Source: Fimbriimonadales bacterium
Lineage (GTDB): Bacteria > Armatimonadota > Fimbriimonadia > Fimbriimonadales > ATM1
Reading direction: 5' to 3'
Length of the DNA: 64,000 nt
Assembly: GCA_041744215.1 (NCBI GenBank)
Contig: JBGTLG010000036.1
Coordinates: 1-64,000 of the forward strand
Both the position numbers and the translations under genes were made by a program. Shown here in pieces: positions 1 through 10,625 of this stretch (its first letter is position 1; each line of letters starts with the position of its first letter). The notes under the pieces are model-generated. The model had not been told where the DNA came from, searched no databases, and worked only from the letters and a program-made list of their open reading frames with translations.

Positions 1-168
<168 letters not shown>

Positions 169-272
169 ATAGGGAGCAAACTTTTGCAGTCCCGACACTC
201 ACGTTGGGACGTTCCCTGGTCGAACGATTTGCTGTCCAACCGGTTTCTTGGAGTACTTGCCCGAGGTAGCGT

Positions 273-1635
273 ATGGCAATCTCAGTATTGACCCGTGGCA
301 CGGTGGCATTAGCCGCCCTTTGTTTCGCACCTTTAGTCTCTGCTGAAACTCGCATTGAATTGAGCGCGAAAGTGTTACCTCTTTCTTTTGATCCAGAACG
401 ACAAAGCCCGTATGAGCAAGGCGACCAGGTAGGGACTCAGATTGCAGAGTTCACCTGCAATGCAATCGTCGAGAATCTTCCCCCGAATGCCTCTGTGGAG
501 TACCAGTGGTTAGTGTCCTGGCAACCGGGTGCCCCCCCCCCCCCCGGTTGTGGGCCTCCTCGTCTTCGACCCGCCTGCCAACAGCGCAACCGCAGTAGGT
601 CGCGCCTTCTTCCCCGGCTACTTTACAGCCGCTTGTACGATAAGGATTACGGCGCCGGGCTGGCCACCGCAAGAGTTCACACTCATAGAAAACTGTGCGG
701 TTGTAGGTGGTCCGCTGCGCATTGAGGTGGACGGAGCCGATGTGGTCAACACACCGAAATGGGATGCATATGACTCGGAGAAACCGTGGTACTTGCAGTA
801 CTTCGGTAATCAACCCCTGCAGCCGCACCCAGGTCCTCTTGATCAGAGAGCCCAATATGCGAAGGTGCGCGTCGCGCTAGCGCAGCCACCGGAAGTGCGA
901 TTCCAATGGGAAAAGGAGGGACCGGTCGTTTGGAGATCGCCGCCCGAGTCGCAACTTGAGACGGCCAACAACGTCGAGATCGCTGCGACCAACGGTAGCG
1001 GCAAGGGTGAGATCGTCGTCAGAGTGAAGTACACCATCGAGTTTGAAGGTCAGTTGTACGGTCCGTTTGACGACGATACCGATGAAACACCACCCCCTAA
1101 CGAGCCATCGCCTCGGGAGACCTACCGGAGGTTCACCGCGCACCGGCCGAATGATACCAAGGGACTCGCGAAGCTCCACATTGGCCATTCAAGTTCGCCT
1201 CCGTATCACTGGGAAGACGCGTATCTGATGGTCCTGTTTGATCATCTAGGTGACGCAATGCCCGCAGTTTGGGTCCAGGAGGTGTTTCATAAGCCGAATG
1301 GGCAGGGCTACAATCAGTTCGAGTTGCCTCCTGGCTTTTCCACTAATCAACAGGGGCAACCGTGGGTCACTAAGTGCAAGCAGGAGTACTTCAAGTGGGG
1401 CGAGGAGACAATGGAGGAATGGGGCTCATTCATAGACTTTCTGAGCGTCAACGGCTTCATGATCTACCACCCCTATGAACTAAACCCCAATAATCCGCAG
1501 TGGAATCTCCACCACGCATATTACGCAGGAAACCGTGATGTTTCGTGGCCAAGACCTCTTGTTGGAGGTGGAATTCGCGTTGGCTATTGGAGTATCCGGA
1601 TTTGGTCGGATTGGTCGGAGCACGTAAAGCAGTAA
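273..1635 (+). CDS. Secreted hypothetical protein (~453 aa if joined), frameshifted at a poly-C tract
   Basis: ORF 273 has SD and signal peptide; ORF 529-1635 continues in the +1 frame; they meet at C14 (532-545) and removing one C fuses them. Confidence 0.7.
532..545 (+). repeat. C14 homopolymer tract
   Basis: 14 consecutive C at the frame switch. Confidence 0.95.
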
Positions 1636-1647
1636 GAGGTGATAACG

Positions 1648-2832
1648 ATGTATCTCGCAGCTACACTTTTTTCCTTGTCGCTCGTGCCAAGTTTGGCAGC
1701 GACTCAGCTGCCAGATGGATGCGAGTGGCTTTATCCATTTGACACTCACACGGTCAAGCTGCCGGATCTGTCAGTCGTCAACGTTATTGCCGTCGTCAAG
1801 CCGATCGCCCAAACACAACCGCCGACGCCGCGCAATCGCTGGACTCGATCAGGCACGCCAATTGAGCTGCGAGACTTCTATGTGGATCGTTTCCAGGTGT
1901 TGGGCTGCGCGATCGGCGAATTGCACGGAACGATTGCTGTCGTGTATCCGAAACCGACGGTGTTGCGCGGCCAAACTGTACCGCCGCCTTCACCACTGGA
2001 TACAAATGCGACTTACCTCCTTTTGGCCAGAACCGAAGACGACGGCAAGTTGCGAGAACTCGATTTCGATAAGTCCTCGCCACCTCGTTTTCCAGTGAAC
2101 TGGTCACTGTTCGAAAGGCTAAACTCGACTGAACTGTCTGGGATTGCAATCTTTGGAACGCGCCTGTCCGCAATTCGGGTACGCGAAGATCGAACGGCAA
2201 TGATTCTCCTTGCTATTGTCGACGCCCTCAAACATGCCTCAGACGATGAAGTGCGACGGATCTGCGATTTTCTGAACAGGCTTAGAACAGATGAATCCTG
2301 GAGCCCGCCGAACATCGAGGGCCGAGACGTCGAGAAGTGGAGAACATCCGTTCTTGGCGAAGAGATGCGATCTGCCTCGATCACTTTGACCTCGTATGGT
2401 CGCGCGAATGTTCTGGGTCTTCTTGCTGAGTGGGGTGTGCAGAATACAGCCGAGCAGTGGCTCGATGCGCTCGAGGATGCGTACCTGGCCGGAAGCAACT
2501 TGCGGAAGTACGGACAGACACTACTCCCGCAACTTAGTAGCTCCGCCGGAAAGTTGACATCTGATCGTTTATGCCAGAGTCTCGCGATCGTCTTGGATGA
2601 CGGGGTCCGTGATTGGCTGATTCGACGGATGGTCGGCAAACCATCTCGAGAAGGATTACTTCACTTGCGTGAGTTGCTGGAAGTTGATTCACTCCGCTTC
2701 GTGATCTTCAGCAAGTTCGCGACGTGGGCGAAACGTCCTGACCTCGAACCGAGTTGGGATTGGAGCGTTTTTCCACCTCGGATCGAGCGAGAGCGGGAGT
2801 TGCTTGCCTATTGGCGCGCCAATCTGCCGTGA
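1648..2832 (+). CDS. Hypothetical exported protein, helical C-terminal half
   Basis: Long ORF directly after previous stop; GAGGTG SD before ATG 1648 (alternative GTG 1639); hydrophobic N-terminus. Confidence 0.8.
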   Translation: MYLAATLFSLSLVPSLAATQLPDGCEWLYPFDTHTVKLPDLSVVNVIAVVKPIAQTQPPTPRNRWTRSGTPIELRDFYVDRFQVLGCAIGELHGTIAVVYPKPTVLRGQTVPPPSPLDTNATYLLLARTEDDGKLRELDFDKSSPPRFPVNWSLFERLNSTELSGIAIFGTRLSAIRVREDRTAMILLAIVDALKHASDDEVRRICDFLNRLRTDESWSPPNIEGRDVEKWRTSVLGEEMRSASITLTSYGRANVLGLLAEWGVQNTAEQWLDALEDAYLAGSNLRKYGQTLLPQLSSSAGKLTSDRLCQSLAIVLDDGVRDWLIRRMVGKPSREGLLHLRELLEVDSLRFVIFSKFATWAKRPDLEPSWDWSVFPPRIERERELLAYWRANLP

Positions 2833-3050
2833 GCACTTTTCGTTCTGCTCGTTCTTGAAGTGGCTCTAGGCCAGTTCTGCCTTCTGACACTGACAAGGGA
2901 CGCCCGACAACACCCATCTGAATCTGGGTGAAGGGGTCAGGGAAGGGCCGTTTTCCCCAGATCCGCCCCGGATCGCGATGCGCAAGGAGTGTCGTACGTC
3001 TGTAAACGGACCATAATATAGCCGGACACCGTCCGGTGTCGGAGAACCCA

Positions 3051-3992
3051 ATGAAGCACCTACAGATTCTTCTCTTCTCTCTCGGAGTCCTCGCCGTCGG
3101 CCTCGGCTGTGCAAAGGACACGACTACCATAGTGGAAACGCCGAGCACCCCGGCCGATCCGGGATCCCTTTCGGCCCAGGCGCCGGGCGGTAGCCCTGGT
3201 TCGGAAACGCCTGCAGCTCCAACCGAGGCGACTCAGCCGGAGGCGCCTGGCGCGCCGGCTCCGAGCAAGCCCGTCACTGAATCGCCTGCGGCAACCGCAA
3301 GGCCTGCGACGCCGAGCGGCTCGACACCGGCACCACCAGCCGGATCGTATCTCCTTCGGGTGAAGCCCAAAAAGGGCGAGTCGTTCCGCTATCAGATGTC
3401 GATGAAAGCAGAAGGCGCATCTGGGCCCGCTGCTATGGGCGAGATGGACGCGACCGTCAGAATGTCAGTGTCTGATGTGTCTGCCGGGGAAACCACCATC
3501 AGAATGACCTTCGAGAAGCTTGACGTTCCCATGTTCGCCCAGCTTCCTCCTGAGCAACGGCAGCAGGTCGAAACGATGTTCAAGAGCCTTGCTATCATCT
3601 ACACATTGGATGAACGCGGCAACTCGAAGTCCATCAAATCTGAAGGCGGTATGCCAGGGATGGAGCGGGCGTTCGATGGCATGGGCGGTGCAACCGCCGC
3701 GTTTCCCGAAAAGCCTGTAAAAGTCGGCGATTCTTATACAACCGAGCAGACCATGAACGGGAACACTGTGAAGAGCACTTACAAGATTGTTGGTGTCGAA
3801 ACGAAGCATGGTGTTCGGTCTCTCAAAATGAATGTGAGCGTCGATTCGGGCAAAGACGCTCAAACGCTCGTCATGTGGGTTGACCCGTCGAATGGGATGA
3901 TGGTCGCCCTCCAAGGTACGTCTCCTGTGCCCGCAGGGCCCGGCGGCCAGGGCGGCGGCGGCACTATGAAGATGACGATGAGAAAGCTCTAA
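3051..3992 (+). CDS. Lipoprotein with Pro/Ala/Thr-rich linker and beta-rich C-terminal domain
   Basis: MKHLQILLFSLGVLAVGLGC lipobox; GGAG SD. Confidence 0.85.
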   Translation: MKHLQILLFSLGVLAVGLGCAKDTTTIVETPSTPADPGSLSAQAPGGSPGSETPAAPTEATQPEAPGAPAPSKPVTESPAATARPATPSGSTPAPPAGSYLLRVKPKKGESFRYQMSMKAEGASGPAAMGEMDATVRMSVSDVSAGETTIRMTFEKLDVPMFAQLPPEQRQQVETMFKSLAIIYTLDERGNSKSIKSEGGMPGMERAFDGMGGATAAFPEKPVKVGDSYTTEQTMNGNTVKSTYKIVGVETKHGVRSLKMNVSVDSGKDAQTLVMWVDPSNGMMVALQGTSPVPAGPGGQGGGGTMKMTMRKL

Positions 3993-4009
3993 TCTCAAGC
4001 ACTTCCGCG

Positions 4010-4051
4010 ATCGCGCCGCCTGCGGCACTTTGCAGACGGCGCGATTTTTTT
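4010..4051 (+). terminator. Rho-independent terminator
   Basis: ATCGCGCCG..CTGC / GCAG..CGGCGCGAT stem followed by a T run, just after the lipoprotein stop. Confidence 0.85.
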
Positions 4052-4067
4052 GTGTAAACTGACTTCA

Positions 4068-4826
4068 ATGCATGGGTACAGAGAGGACTACGACCGCGAC
4101 GGCTACATCATCGTTCGAGGAGCGATGACTTCCGAGCAGATTAGCGAAATGCGACGGGAGTCGGACGCAGTGGTTCAACGAGCGAAGGAGGCGAAAGAGG
4201 GAACAAGTTTCTTTTGGGGTGGCGACTTTGTGTCCGATGCAGATCGAGAGAAGCTCAACATCAACGGTATTCACGATCCCCAGTTTCACTCTGCTGCATT
4301 CTCTCGTCTGCTGGTTAACTGCGACAAAGTGCTCGATGCAGTCGAACAATTGATCGGGCCTAACATACAATTGCACCATACCAAGCTGATCGTCAAGCCA
4401 CCAGAGACAGGCGCGCCGTTTCCGATGCATCAAGACTATCCATACTTCCCGCACCAAAGAGATACGATGCTCGCTGCGATGTTTCATTTCGACGATTCGA
4501 CGATCGAGAACGGATGTTTGCGTGTCGTTCCTGGTTCTCACAAGGAAGGCGCGATGGAAACTGTTTCTGGAGCGAACTATGTTGTGCAAGATCGGTTCCC
4601 AATTGAGGAAGCGATGCCATGCGAAGTTAACGCCGGCGACGTTGTGATATTCAACTATCTGACTGTTCATGGCAGCGGACTGAACACAAGTGGGCGGCCA
4701 AGAAGGAATTGGCTTGTGCAATTGCGTGCAGCCGACGATCTGCCGACGGTTGACACGCACCACAGTCGGGGACAGGGAATGATGCTGAGGGGCTTTGATC
4801 CGCTCGTGCGCATGTCGAGCCTTTAA
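4068..4826 (+). CDS. Phytanoyl-CoA dioxygenase (PhyH) family Fe(II)/2OG dioxygenase
   Basis: HQD, NGCLRVVPGSH, HGS..N.S..PR motifs. Confidence 0.92.
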   Translation: MHGYREDYDRDGYIIVRGAMTSEQISEMRRESDAVVQRAKEAKEGTSFFWGGDFVSDADREKLNINGIHDPQFHSAAFSRLLVNCDKVLDAVEQLIGPNIQLHHTKLIVKPPETGAPFPMHQDYPYFPHQRDTMLAAMFHFDDSTIENGCLRVVPGSHKEGAMETVSGANYVVQDRFPIEEAMPCEVNAGDVVIFNYLTVHGSGLNTSGRPRRNWLVQLRAADDLPTVDTHHSRGQGMMLRGFDPLVRMSSL

Positions 4827-4845
4827 GAGCTACAATTTCTTTCGG

Positions 4846-5514
4846 ATGCGCTCAAAACAAGAGATCTACAGCGAGCAAGAAGCGGCGGAGATCCTTCGGC
4901 GCGCTGTCGAGCTGAACGAAAACGCTGTAGGAGAAGCAGACTATCAGCCCGGCATAACTCGCGAAGCACTGGAGCGAATCGCAGACGAAGTCGGTGTCAG
5001 CGTGCAGTTCCTGCAGCAGGCGATCATCGAAGCGGGCACCGTCGAATCACGCAAGGGACCCCTGCACTTAACGGAAGAAACCGAGCGGGTGGTTGATGTC
5101 GAGTTGCATCCAGATGATTTTGACGTCGTTGCTTCGCAACTAAAACCATTCAGCAACGCAGGACAGCCTGCATTTGCACAGATCGGCAGATCACTAAGGG
5201 GCAGCGCGTGGACCGGAGTCTCTCAAGCGGAGATCGAAATCTCCTCGCGAAGTGGACGAACAAAGATAAAGGTGAAATCGACACCTTTGTTCGCGTTCTT
5301 GCTCGGAGTTCTGCCTGCATTTATGATTGGCCTAATCACTATGGGTGTGCTCGCGGAGAGCGGTCAAGTTGCCCAGGGGATACTCTCAGCGACAGGTGTC
5401 GCTGTGGCCGGGCTTTTCGCGTTTCGTAAGTTGCTGCAAGCTGGGCACGAAAGAGCGCGCCGACTCGCTGAACGCATCAAGCAGATTGTTGTTGAGGAAT
5501 CTTCGCAGGAGTAG
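4846..5514 (+). CDS. Hypothetical membrane protein, two C-terminal TM helices
   Basis: YSEQEAAEILRRA N-terminus; hydrophobic C-terminal segments. Confidence 0.8.
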   Translation: MRSKQEIYSEQEAAEILRRAVELNENAVGEADYQPGITREALERIADEVGVSVQFLQQAIIEAGTVESRKGPLHLTEETERVVDVELHPDDFDVVASQLKPFSNAGQPAFAQIGRSLRGSAWTGVSQAEIEISSRSGRTKIKVKSTPLFAFLLGVLPAFMIGLITMGVLAESGQVAQGILSATGVAVAGLFAFRKLLQAGHERARRLAERIKQIVVEESSQE

Positions 5515-5518
5515 ATCG

Positions 5519-5917
5519 CTACGAAAGCAGAGTTGCGGCCTTTGCGTTGTCGCTTGTTCTAAGCACGCATAGCGCCGCTCCGGGGCCGAGAGACGATCCA
5601 TAGCAATGCTCGATGTTCAAACCGGAATCCGCTAGTGTTCGCAGTGCCTTGGCCATTTCGCCTGCTTCGTTTGGCAACTCGAATGTCACACACTCGTGGC
5701 ATTCGCAGCTAAAGCCTGCGCTTTGCAGCGCAGTGCACGCACGACTAGGGTTGTCGGTCAATACGTGCAGAAACGCTTGCGCTGGTCCGACTCCGTAGCC
5801 CACCAGGCCGATGACAGTTACGCCTGCGCCGGCGATCGCTTCGAGTACGTTCGCGCCCGATCCGCCCTCATTAGGTATTGATACGATACACTCTTGAGTC
5901 ACTTTTGCATTTGACAC
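5519..5917 (-). CDS. Tandem ACT-domain protein
   Basis: IPNEGG and LPNEAGEMAKALRTLADSGLNIE repeats; GGAGG SD before GTG 5917. Confidence 0.85.
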   Translation of the reverse strand: MSNAKVTQECIVSIPNEGGSGANVLEAIAGAGVTVIGLVGYGVGPAQAFLHVLTDNPSRACTALQSAGFSCECHECVTFELPNEAGEMAKALRTLADSGLNIEHCYGSSLGPGAALCVLRTSDNAKAATLLS

Positions 5918-6010
5918 TTTCTTGCCTCCAATTCTCTCGTTGCTGCTTTCTTGCACTTGCCTCGGCACGGCTGCTGTTGAACCTCAATTGTTGTGAGCCG
6001 TTTGCGAAGA

Positions 6011-7225
6011 TCATGCGGTCGCATGCTCGCCGATAATGCCGAGCGCTTTACCACATTTGGCGAACGCTTCGAGCGCACGCGCCAGTTCTTGGGACGTGTG
6101 CGCGGCGCTGGGCATGGTTCGTATGCGTGCTTTGCCCTTTGGCACGGTGGGGTAGCAAATCGAAAGCGCATAAACGCCTTCGTCCCAGAGCATCTTCTCG
6201 AGCTTCACCGCCTTCTCTTCTTCGCCACAATACACGGGCGTAATGGGCGTTTCGCTACCCATCGTGTCGAATCCGAGTTTCGCGAGCTCGGTCTTCCACC
6301 ATCGCGCGTTGTCCCACAGCCGACGCATCGGCTCTGAGTCGTTTTCCATCACATCGAGCGCCGCGATTAGCGCGGCGGCAACCGCCGGAGGAAGCGCGGT
6401 GCTGAACAGATATGGCCGTCCGCGATTGACCAGCCAGTCCTTAAGCAATGCCGACCCCGCGATGTAACCACCGACGACACCGAGCGCTTTACTGAGTGTC
6501 CCGAGCTGAATGTCCACGCGGCCATACAAATCGAAATGCGATGCAGATCCAGCCCCGTTCTTTCCGAGCACTCCGCTCGCGTGCGCGTCGTCGACCATCA
6601 CCAGCGCGTCGTGTTTCTCTGCAAGTTCCACGATCTCTGGCAATGGCGCGATGTCGCCGTCCATACTGAACACTCCGTCGGTCACGATCATCCGCTTTTT
6701 GAAGCTGACAGCTTTCTTCAAGATATCTTCGAGGTGGTTCATGTCTTTGTGGTTGTAAACCCAACCTTCGGACTTTCGGTACTCTGCCGCGCTTAATCGC
6801 ACCCCGTCAATGATAGAAGCGTGATTCAATTCGTCGCTGATGATGACGTCGTCTGCGGTCATCACCGCCGGAATGCAGCCGCTGTTTGCGGTGAATCCGC
6901 TCGTGAAAACCAGAACGGCTTCGACGTGTTTGAACTTCGCAAGCCGATCCTCCAGCTCGTCGTGAACGCGCATTGTGCCGCCGATCCATCGCACCGCACC
7001 CGCTCCGACTCCCCATTTTTCGATCGCGTCGAGTGCCGCTTGGCGCACTTTCGGGTGATTCGCGAGGCCCAAGTAGTTGTTGCTGGAGAGGTTGATGACC
7101 TCGCGCCCATCCATCACGACGGATCCACCGGCGGGGGTATCGAGGATGCGCGGCTGCTTATAAAGGTGTTGGTCTTTGATGGCCTGTATCTGCCCCGCGA
7201 GCCAGGTTTGTAGGTTTGCGTTCAT
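6011..7225 (-). CDS. kbl: Glycine C-acetyltransferase / 8-amino-7-oxononanoate synthase family PLP enzyme
   Basis: [33 protein letters not shown] motifs; kbl versus bioF not separable by eye. Confidence 0.88.
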   Translation of the reverse strand: MNANLQTWLAGQIQAIKDQHLYKQPRILDTPAGGSVVMDGREVINLSSNNYLGLANHPKVRQAALDAIEKWGVGAGAVRWIGGTMRVHDELEDRLAKFKHVEAVLVFTSGFTANSGCIPAVMTADDVIISDELNHASIIDGVRLSAAEYRKSEGWVYNHKDMNHLEDILKKAVSFKKRMIVTDGVFSMDGDIAPLPEIVELAEKHDALVMVDDAHASGVLGKNGAGSASHFDLYGRVDIQLGTLSKALGVVGGYIAGSALLKDWLVNRGRPYLFSTALPPAVAAALIAALDVMENDSEPMRRLWDNARWWKTELAKLGFDTMGSETPITPVYCGEEEKAVKLEKMLWDEGVYALSICYPTVPKGKARIRTMPSAAHTSQELARALEAFAKCGKALGIIGEHATA

Positions 7226-7338
7226 CTGTCGGGATTGTACCGGCGGCTGTGGAGAGCGGGCGCGGGCCAAAAGTCGGTCACTTTTCCCGCGGGAATGTGG
7301 CCCATATGGTACGATGGGTGCCTCTTCGGGGCAAACTT

Positions 7339-7665
7339 ATGCACCTCGACACTAGCAAGTTTATCGAACTGCTGACCGCTGAAGGCTTGTCGGCTCGCGA
7401 GGCCGAGGTCGCGTTGGGTGTCGCCGAGGGCAGGGCAGATAAGGAGATCGCTTCGAAGCTCGCCATAAGCGTAAGCGCTGTTCGCGCTTATGAACAGCGA
7501 GCGAGAGAGAAGCTTGGGGCACAGAACCGGGTGGACCTGGCGGCTGTTGCAGTGGGGGTCTATGTTCGGGGGGGGGCAATTGAAATAGTAGACCTTTGTC
7601 GGCTATCACAAATGACGACTAGGAAGCTTAGCAACGAGAGAGTAAGGTGGATGCATGGATGGTGA
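7339..7665 (+). CDS. Stand-alone LuxR-type HTH regulator
   Basis: LSAREAEV...G..DKEIASKLAISVSAV...KLG..NR; G9 tract at 7568-7576. Confidence 0.85.
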   Translation: MHLDTSKFIELLTAEGLSAREAEVALGVAEGRADKEIASKLAISVSAVRAYEQRAREKLGAQNRVDLAAVAVGVYVRGGAIEIVDLCRLSQMTTRKLSNERVRWMHGW

Positions 7666-7728
7666 TTCTAAACAGAGCTTCTCGCGGCGTTTACGCGATG
7701 ATCCTAATCGGACTAGACAGGGGGATGT

Positions 7729-8220
7729 ATGAACTTTCGGTTTGCTAGGTTTGGACTTGCGACCCTGATAATGGGGTCTCTTGTATCTTACGGAATCGCC
7801 GCTGAACCTACGTACTTCAAGTACAAATCATCGACAGCAAGCGAACATCGGCAGCTACTGCTTCGCTCAGTGGAAAATCCGCATCCGTACCCAATCACGG
7901 CAGAAACCCAGGATCACGAGATTAATCTGGAAAGCTTTTGTCGAGGATACCTGTGGAACGATCCACCTTGGACTTCGCCGTTCACCGAGCTCTTCGAGTT
8001 GACGACCCCGACATTTGTGCAGACGGGCGGCAGTGTGTCGGCTATGAAGGTTAGAAAGTGGCAGTTTAAGTGGGACTACATCACGAGGGAAGAAGGCTGG
8101 CTAAGGTCGAATCCGGAGGGAGGGCCCTACGATAGGACTCGTCAAGATTGGGCCAACTGCGAAGTCACAAGTGCAGAATTCGATCTGACTGGCGGCAACA
8201 ATCCGCCAGGAGGAGGTTAG
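7729..8220 (+). CDS. Secreted hypothetical protein
   Basis: Sec signal MNFRFARFGLATLIMGSLVSYGIAA; GGGGGA SD. Confidence 0.8.
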   Translation: MNFRFARFGLATLIMGSLVSYGIAAEPTYFKYKSSTASEHRQLLLRSVENPHPYPITAETQDHEINLESFCRGYLWNDPPWTSPFTELFELTTPTFVQTGGSVSAMKVRKWQFKWDYITREEGWLRSNPEGGPYDRTRQDWANCEVTSAEFDLTGGNNPPGGG

Positions 8221-8225
8221 ACTAC

Positions 8226-9224
8226 GTGGTCATCACGCCCGTTTTGCTCGCAGCTACTCTACTGCAGCCCACTGTCGGAGATGAGACTCTCGTCATCCTA
8301 GCGACTCACGATCTGCCCACGCTGTTTGAGAGTCGCTTGCTATCGGAATCGCTTGAGAAGACTCGTCAAGACTTAGATTCCTCAGGCTACGTAGTTGAAG
8401 CTGAGGACCGTTTTGTTTTCATCAGGCACCAGAATCTTTTCAACATCGCTGCAATGGATGAGGCGCTTGACGCCATCTCGGCACTAGAAGCGATTGTTCG
8501 TAGCGGGACCCGCTATGGAAGCTTTGATCGGCTCGATGAATCGGCCAGGGCAGGCTTGAAACGAATCCTGTTTCCGCTGGCTCGAGATTTCGGTCCCCTC
8601 TTGAACAACGATGCCACGCAGTTTGAGATTAGGAGCCATCTAGTCCTGAAGGTGTCCGATGGCAAGAAGTCTGTTCAAATTGAAGTTCCGCAATACAAGC
8701 AGGAAAGGACACCCACGGGTTTTCATTCGCCCCAACCTTCGCAGAGCGAAATCGCCGAATTTTTGAAGAATGACGCCGCAAATCATTCCTTTCCACCGTA
8801 TTCCGAGAGGCTCTTGTTCAGTTTCTCCAAGGCGACCGTACAGAGTTCCATACGGGCCGACGGCGCGGAGCGATTCTCCAAGAAGCTACACGAACTACTG
8901 GACGCCCAGGCGCAGAGGTACGCACGCCAGTACGGCGCGCTTGAAGCTGCGCTTTTCAGTGATTCGATCAAGATCTTCGAAGGACAATCAGTCTCCTCCC
9001 TTGATGATGCTACTCGCAAGTTCATCAACGATTACTTCACAGCCGATGAATCACTTCAATCGTTCGGCTTCGAAAGCAAGCTGCATCTGCGAGCTTTTCT
9101 TGATGACGCCAAGATTCAGTCGGTGCAACAGCACGTTAGCGCTGGTATCGGCAGCAACACTACAGGGCATTTCCCCCGCAGAGGCTTCACAAGCGTGCGG
9201 GTGAACAGAAACTTGGGCCAGTAG
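8226..9224 (+). CDS. Hypothetical exported protein
   Basis: GTG 8226 after AGGAGG; hydrophobic N-terminus; long ORF. Confidence 0.8.
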   Translation: MVITPVLLAATLLQPTVGDETLVILATHDLPTLFESRLLSESLEKTRQDLDSSGYVVEAEDRFVFIRHQNLFNIAAMDEALDAISALEAIVRSGTRYGSFDRLDESARAGLKRILFPLARDFGPLLNNDATQFEIRSHLVLKVSDGKKSVQIEVPQYKQERTPTGFHSPQPSQSEIAEFLKNDAANHSFPPYSERLLFSFSKATVQSSIRADGAERFSKKLHELLDAQAQRYARQYGALEAALFSDSIKIFEGQSVSSLDDATRKFINDYFTADESLQSFGFESKLHLRAFLDDAKIQSVQQHVSAGIGSNTTGHFPRRGFTSVRVNRNLGQ

Positions 9225-9554
9225 ACTTGCATCAATACCTCCATGCGCCGATTGACAGGCCGAGTCGTTGAGAGCAACCGGCTGAGGAGGCAATAGGTTG
9301 ATAAAACAAGATCCGCCACTTCTCATTGCACACCGCCCGTGATTGTTTCGAATCCTTCTCTGAGGATGCAGACTTCTAAGTTGCCGCTTATCGCACTTTG
9401 AGGTTGTTCGCGAGCCTCGGTTGTTGGTCGGACGATTGATGACCTAGCTCCACTCCAGCATTACCGGTCCTCTGGCAGATGCGCCGAGGATGCGTGGTTT
9501 TTGTTAGTTATGATGGAAGGTGAGCCGTCGACCGCTTGACCGAAGAGGGAGCGA

Positions 9555-10601
9555 TTAGTTGAGTCCCGCCAGCCGTGGCGCACGGAAATTCGAGAGCTCC
9601 TCCGGTGCCTTAGGGATGATGAGCGCTCCGTCGGCGATCATCCGCGTTGCTTCATCGATGGTCTCCAGCGCGCCTTCCGGCATCAGTGGTTTCGTGTACT
9701 CTTTCGGCTCACTTAACGAGATGTAGCCATCTTTGACTCCGAGTGAAAGCGTCCTTCCTTTGAACGTGCCATCTTTAACCATTCTGCTTGCATCAAGAAC
9801 GGCTTTGTCCACACTCTTGACCATGCTTGTCAGCACATATCCCGGTTCTATGTGATCTTGATCGCTATCGACGCCGATCGCAAGCTTCCCCTTTTCCTTG
9901 GCGGCATTGATAACACCTAGTCCGCATCTACCAGCGGCGTGGTATACGATGTCAGCGCCTGTGTTGTAAAGCGACAGCGCGGCTTCTTTGCCCTTTTGAA
10001 TGTCGGACCAATCTTCCGTGTACTTCGCGGTGACGATTGCGCGCGGATTGGCTGTCATGACTCCGGCTCGAAATCCCACCTCAAACTTCTTGATTAGCGG
10101 TATATCTTTGCCACCGACGAACCCAATTCGTCCAGACTTGGATGTCATTCCCGCAAGCAGTCCTACAAGGAAAGAGCCTTCTTCCTCTTTGAATGTGATT
10201 CCTAAAACGTTCTCTGCTCGCGACGGCATGTCGATCAATGCAAATTTCTGCGTGGGGTTCGCCGCCGCAGTCTCGTGCAGCGCGCTGTCCATGCTGACGC
10301 CGACGCCGATGATCAGGTCGGGGCTGTCAAAGACGAGGCTTTCGAAGTTAGGCTTGTAGTCCGATGCCGACTTACTATCGATCTCCCTTGTTTTGGCACC
10401 GAGCTCTTCTGCAACTTGGTCGAGGCCCCTTGCCGCGCTGTCGTTGAAGCTCTTGTCACCGCGCCCGGCCTCGTCAAACACGAGCGCAATGGTCAGCGCA
10501 GCCTTGGTCTCGCCGTTTGTTAACGGAGTGTTACTCTTATCGCTACCGGCGCAGCCTACGGCGAGAAGAAGGATAAACGGGAAAGTTCTTCGAATGTGCA
10601 T
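9555..10601 (-). CDS. BMP-family ABC substrate-binding lipoprotein (nucleoside type)
   Basis: LAVGC lipobox; DKSFN, EEEGSFLVG, AIGVDSDQ, LTSMVK motifs. Confidence 0.93.
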   Translation of the reverse strand: MHIRRTFPFILLLAVGCAGSDKSNTPLTNGETKAALTIALVFDEAGRGDKSFNDSAARGLDQVAEELGAKTREIDSKSASDYKPNFESLVFDSPDLIIGVGVSMDSALHETAAANPTQKFALIDMPSRAENVLGITFKEEEGSFLVGLLAGMTSKSGRIGFVGGKDIPLIKKFEVGFRAGVMTANPRAIVTAKYTEDWSDIQKGKEAALSLYNTGADIVYHAAGRCGLGVINAAKEKGKLAIGVDSDQDHIEPGYVLTSMVKSVDKAVLDASRMVKDGTFKGRTLSLGVKDGYISLSEPKEYTKPLMPEGALETIDEATRMIADGALIIPKAPEELSNFRAPRLAGLN

Positions 10602-10625
10602 TGGGTTGCAGACGATTATATCGCG

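Noticed and set aside
546-725. Arg/Cys-rich tail of ORF 273-725
   Set aside because: Out-of-frame read-through after the C14 tract; the +1 frame is the protein-like one.
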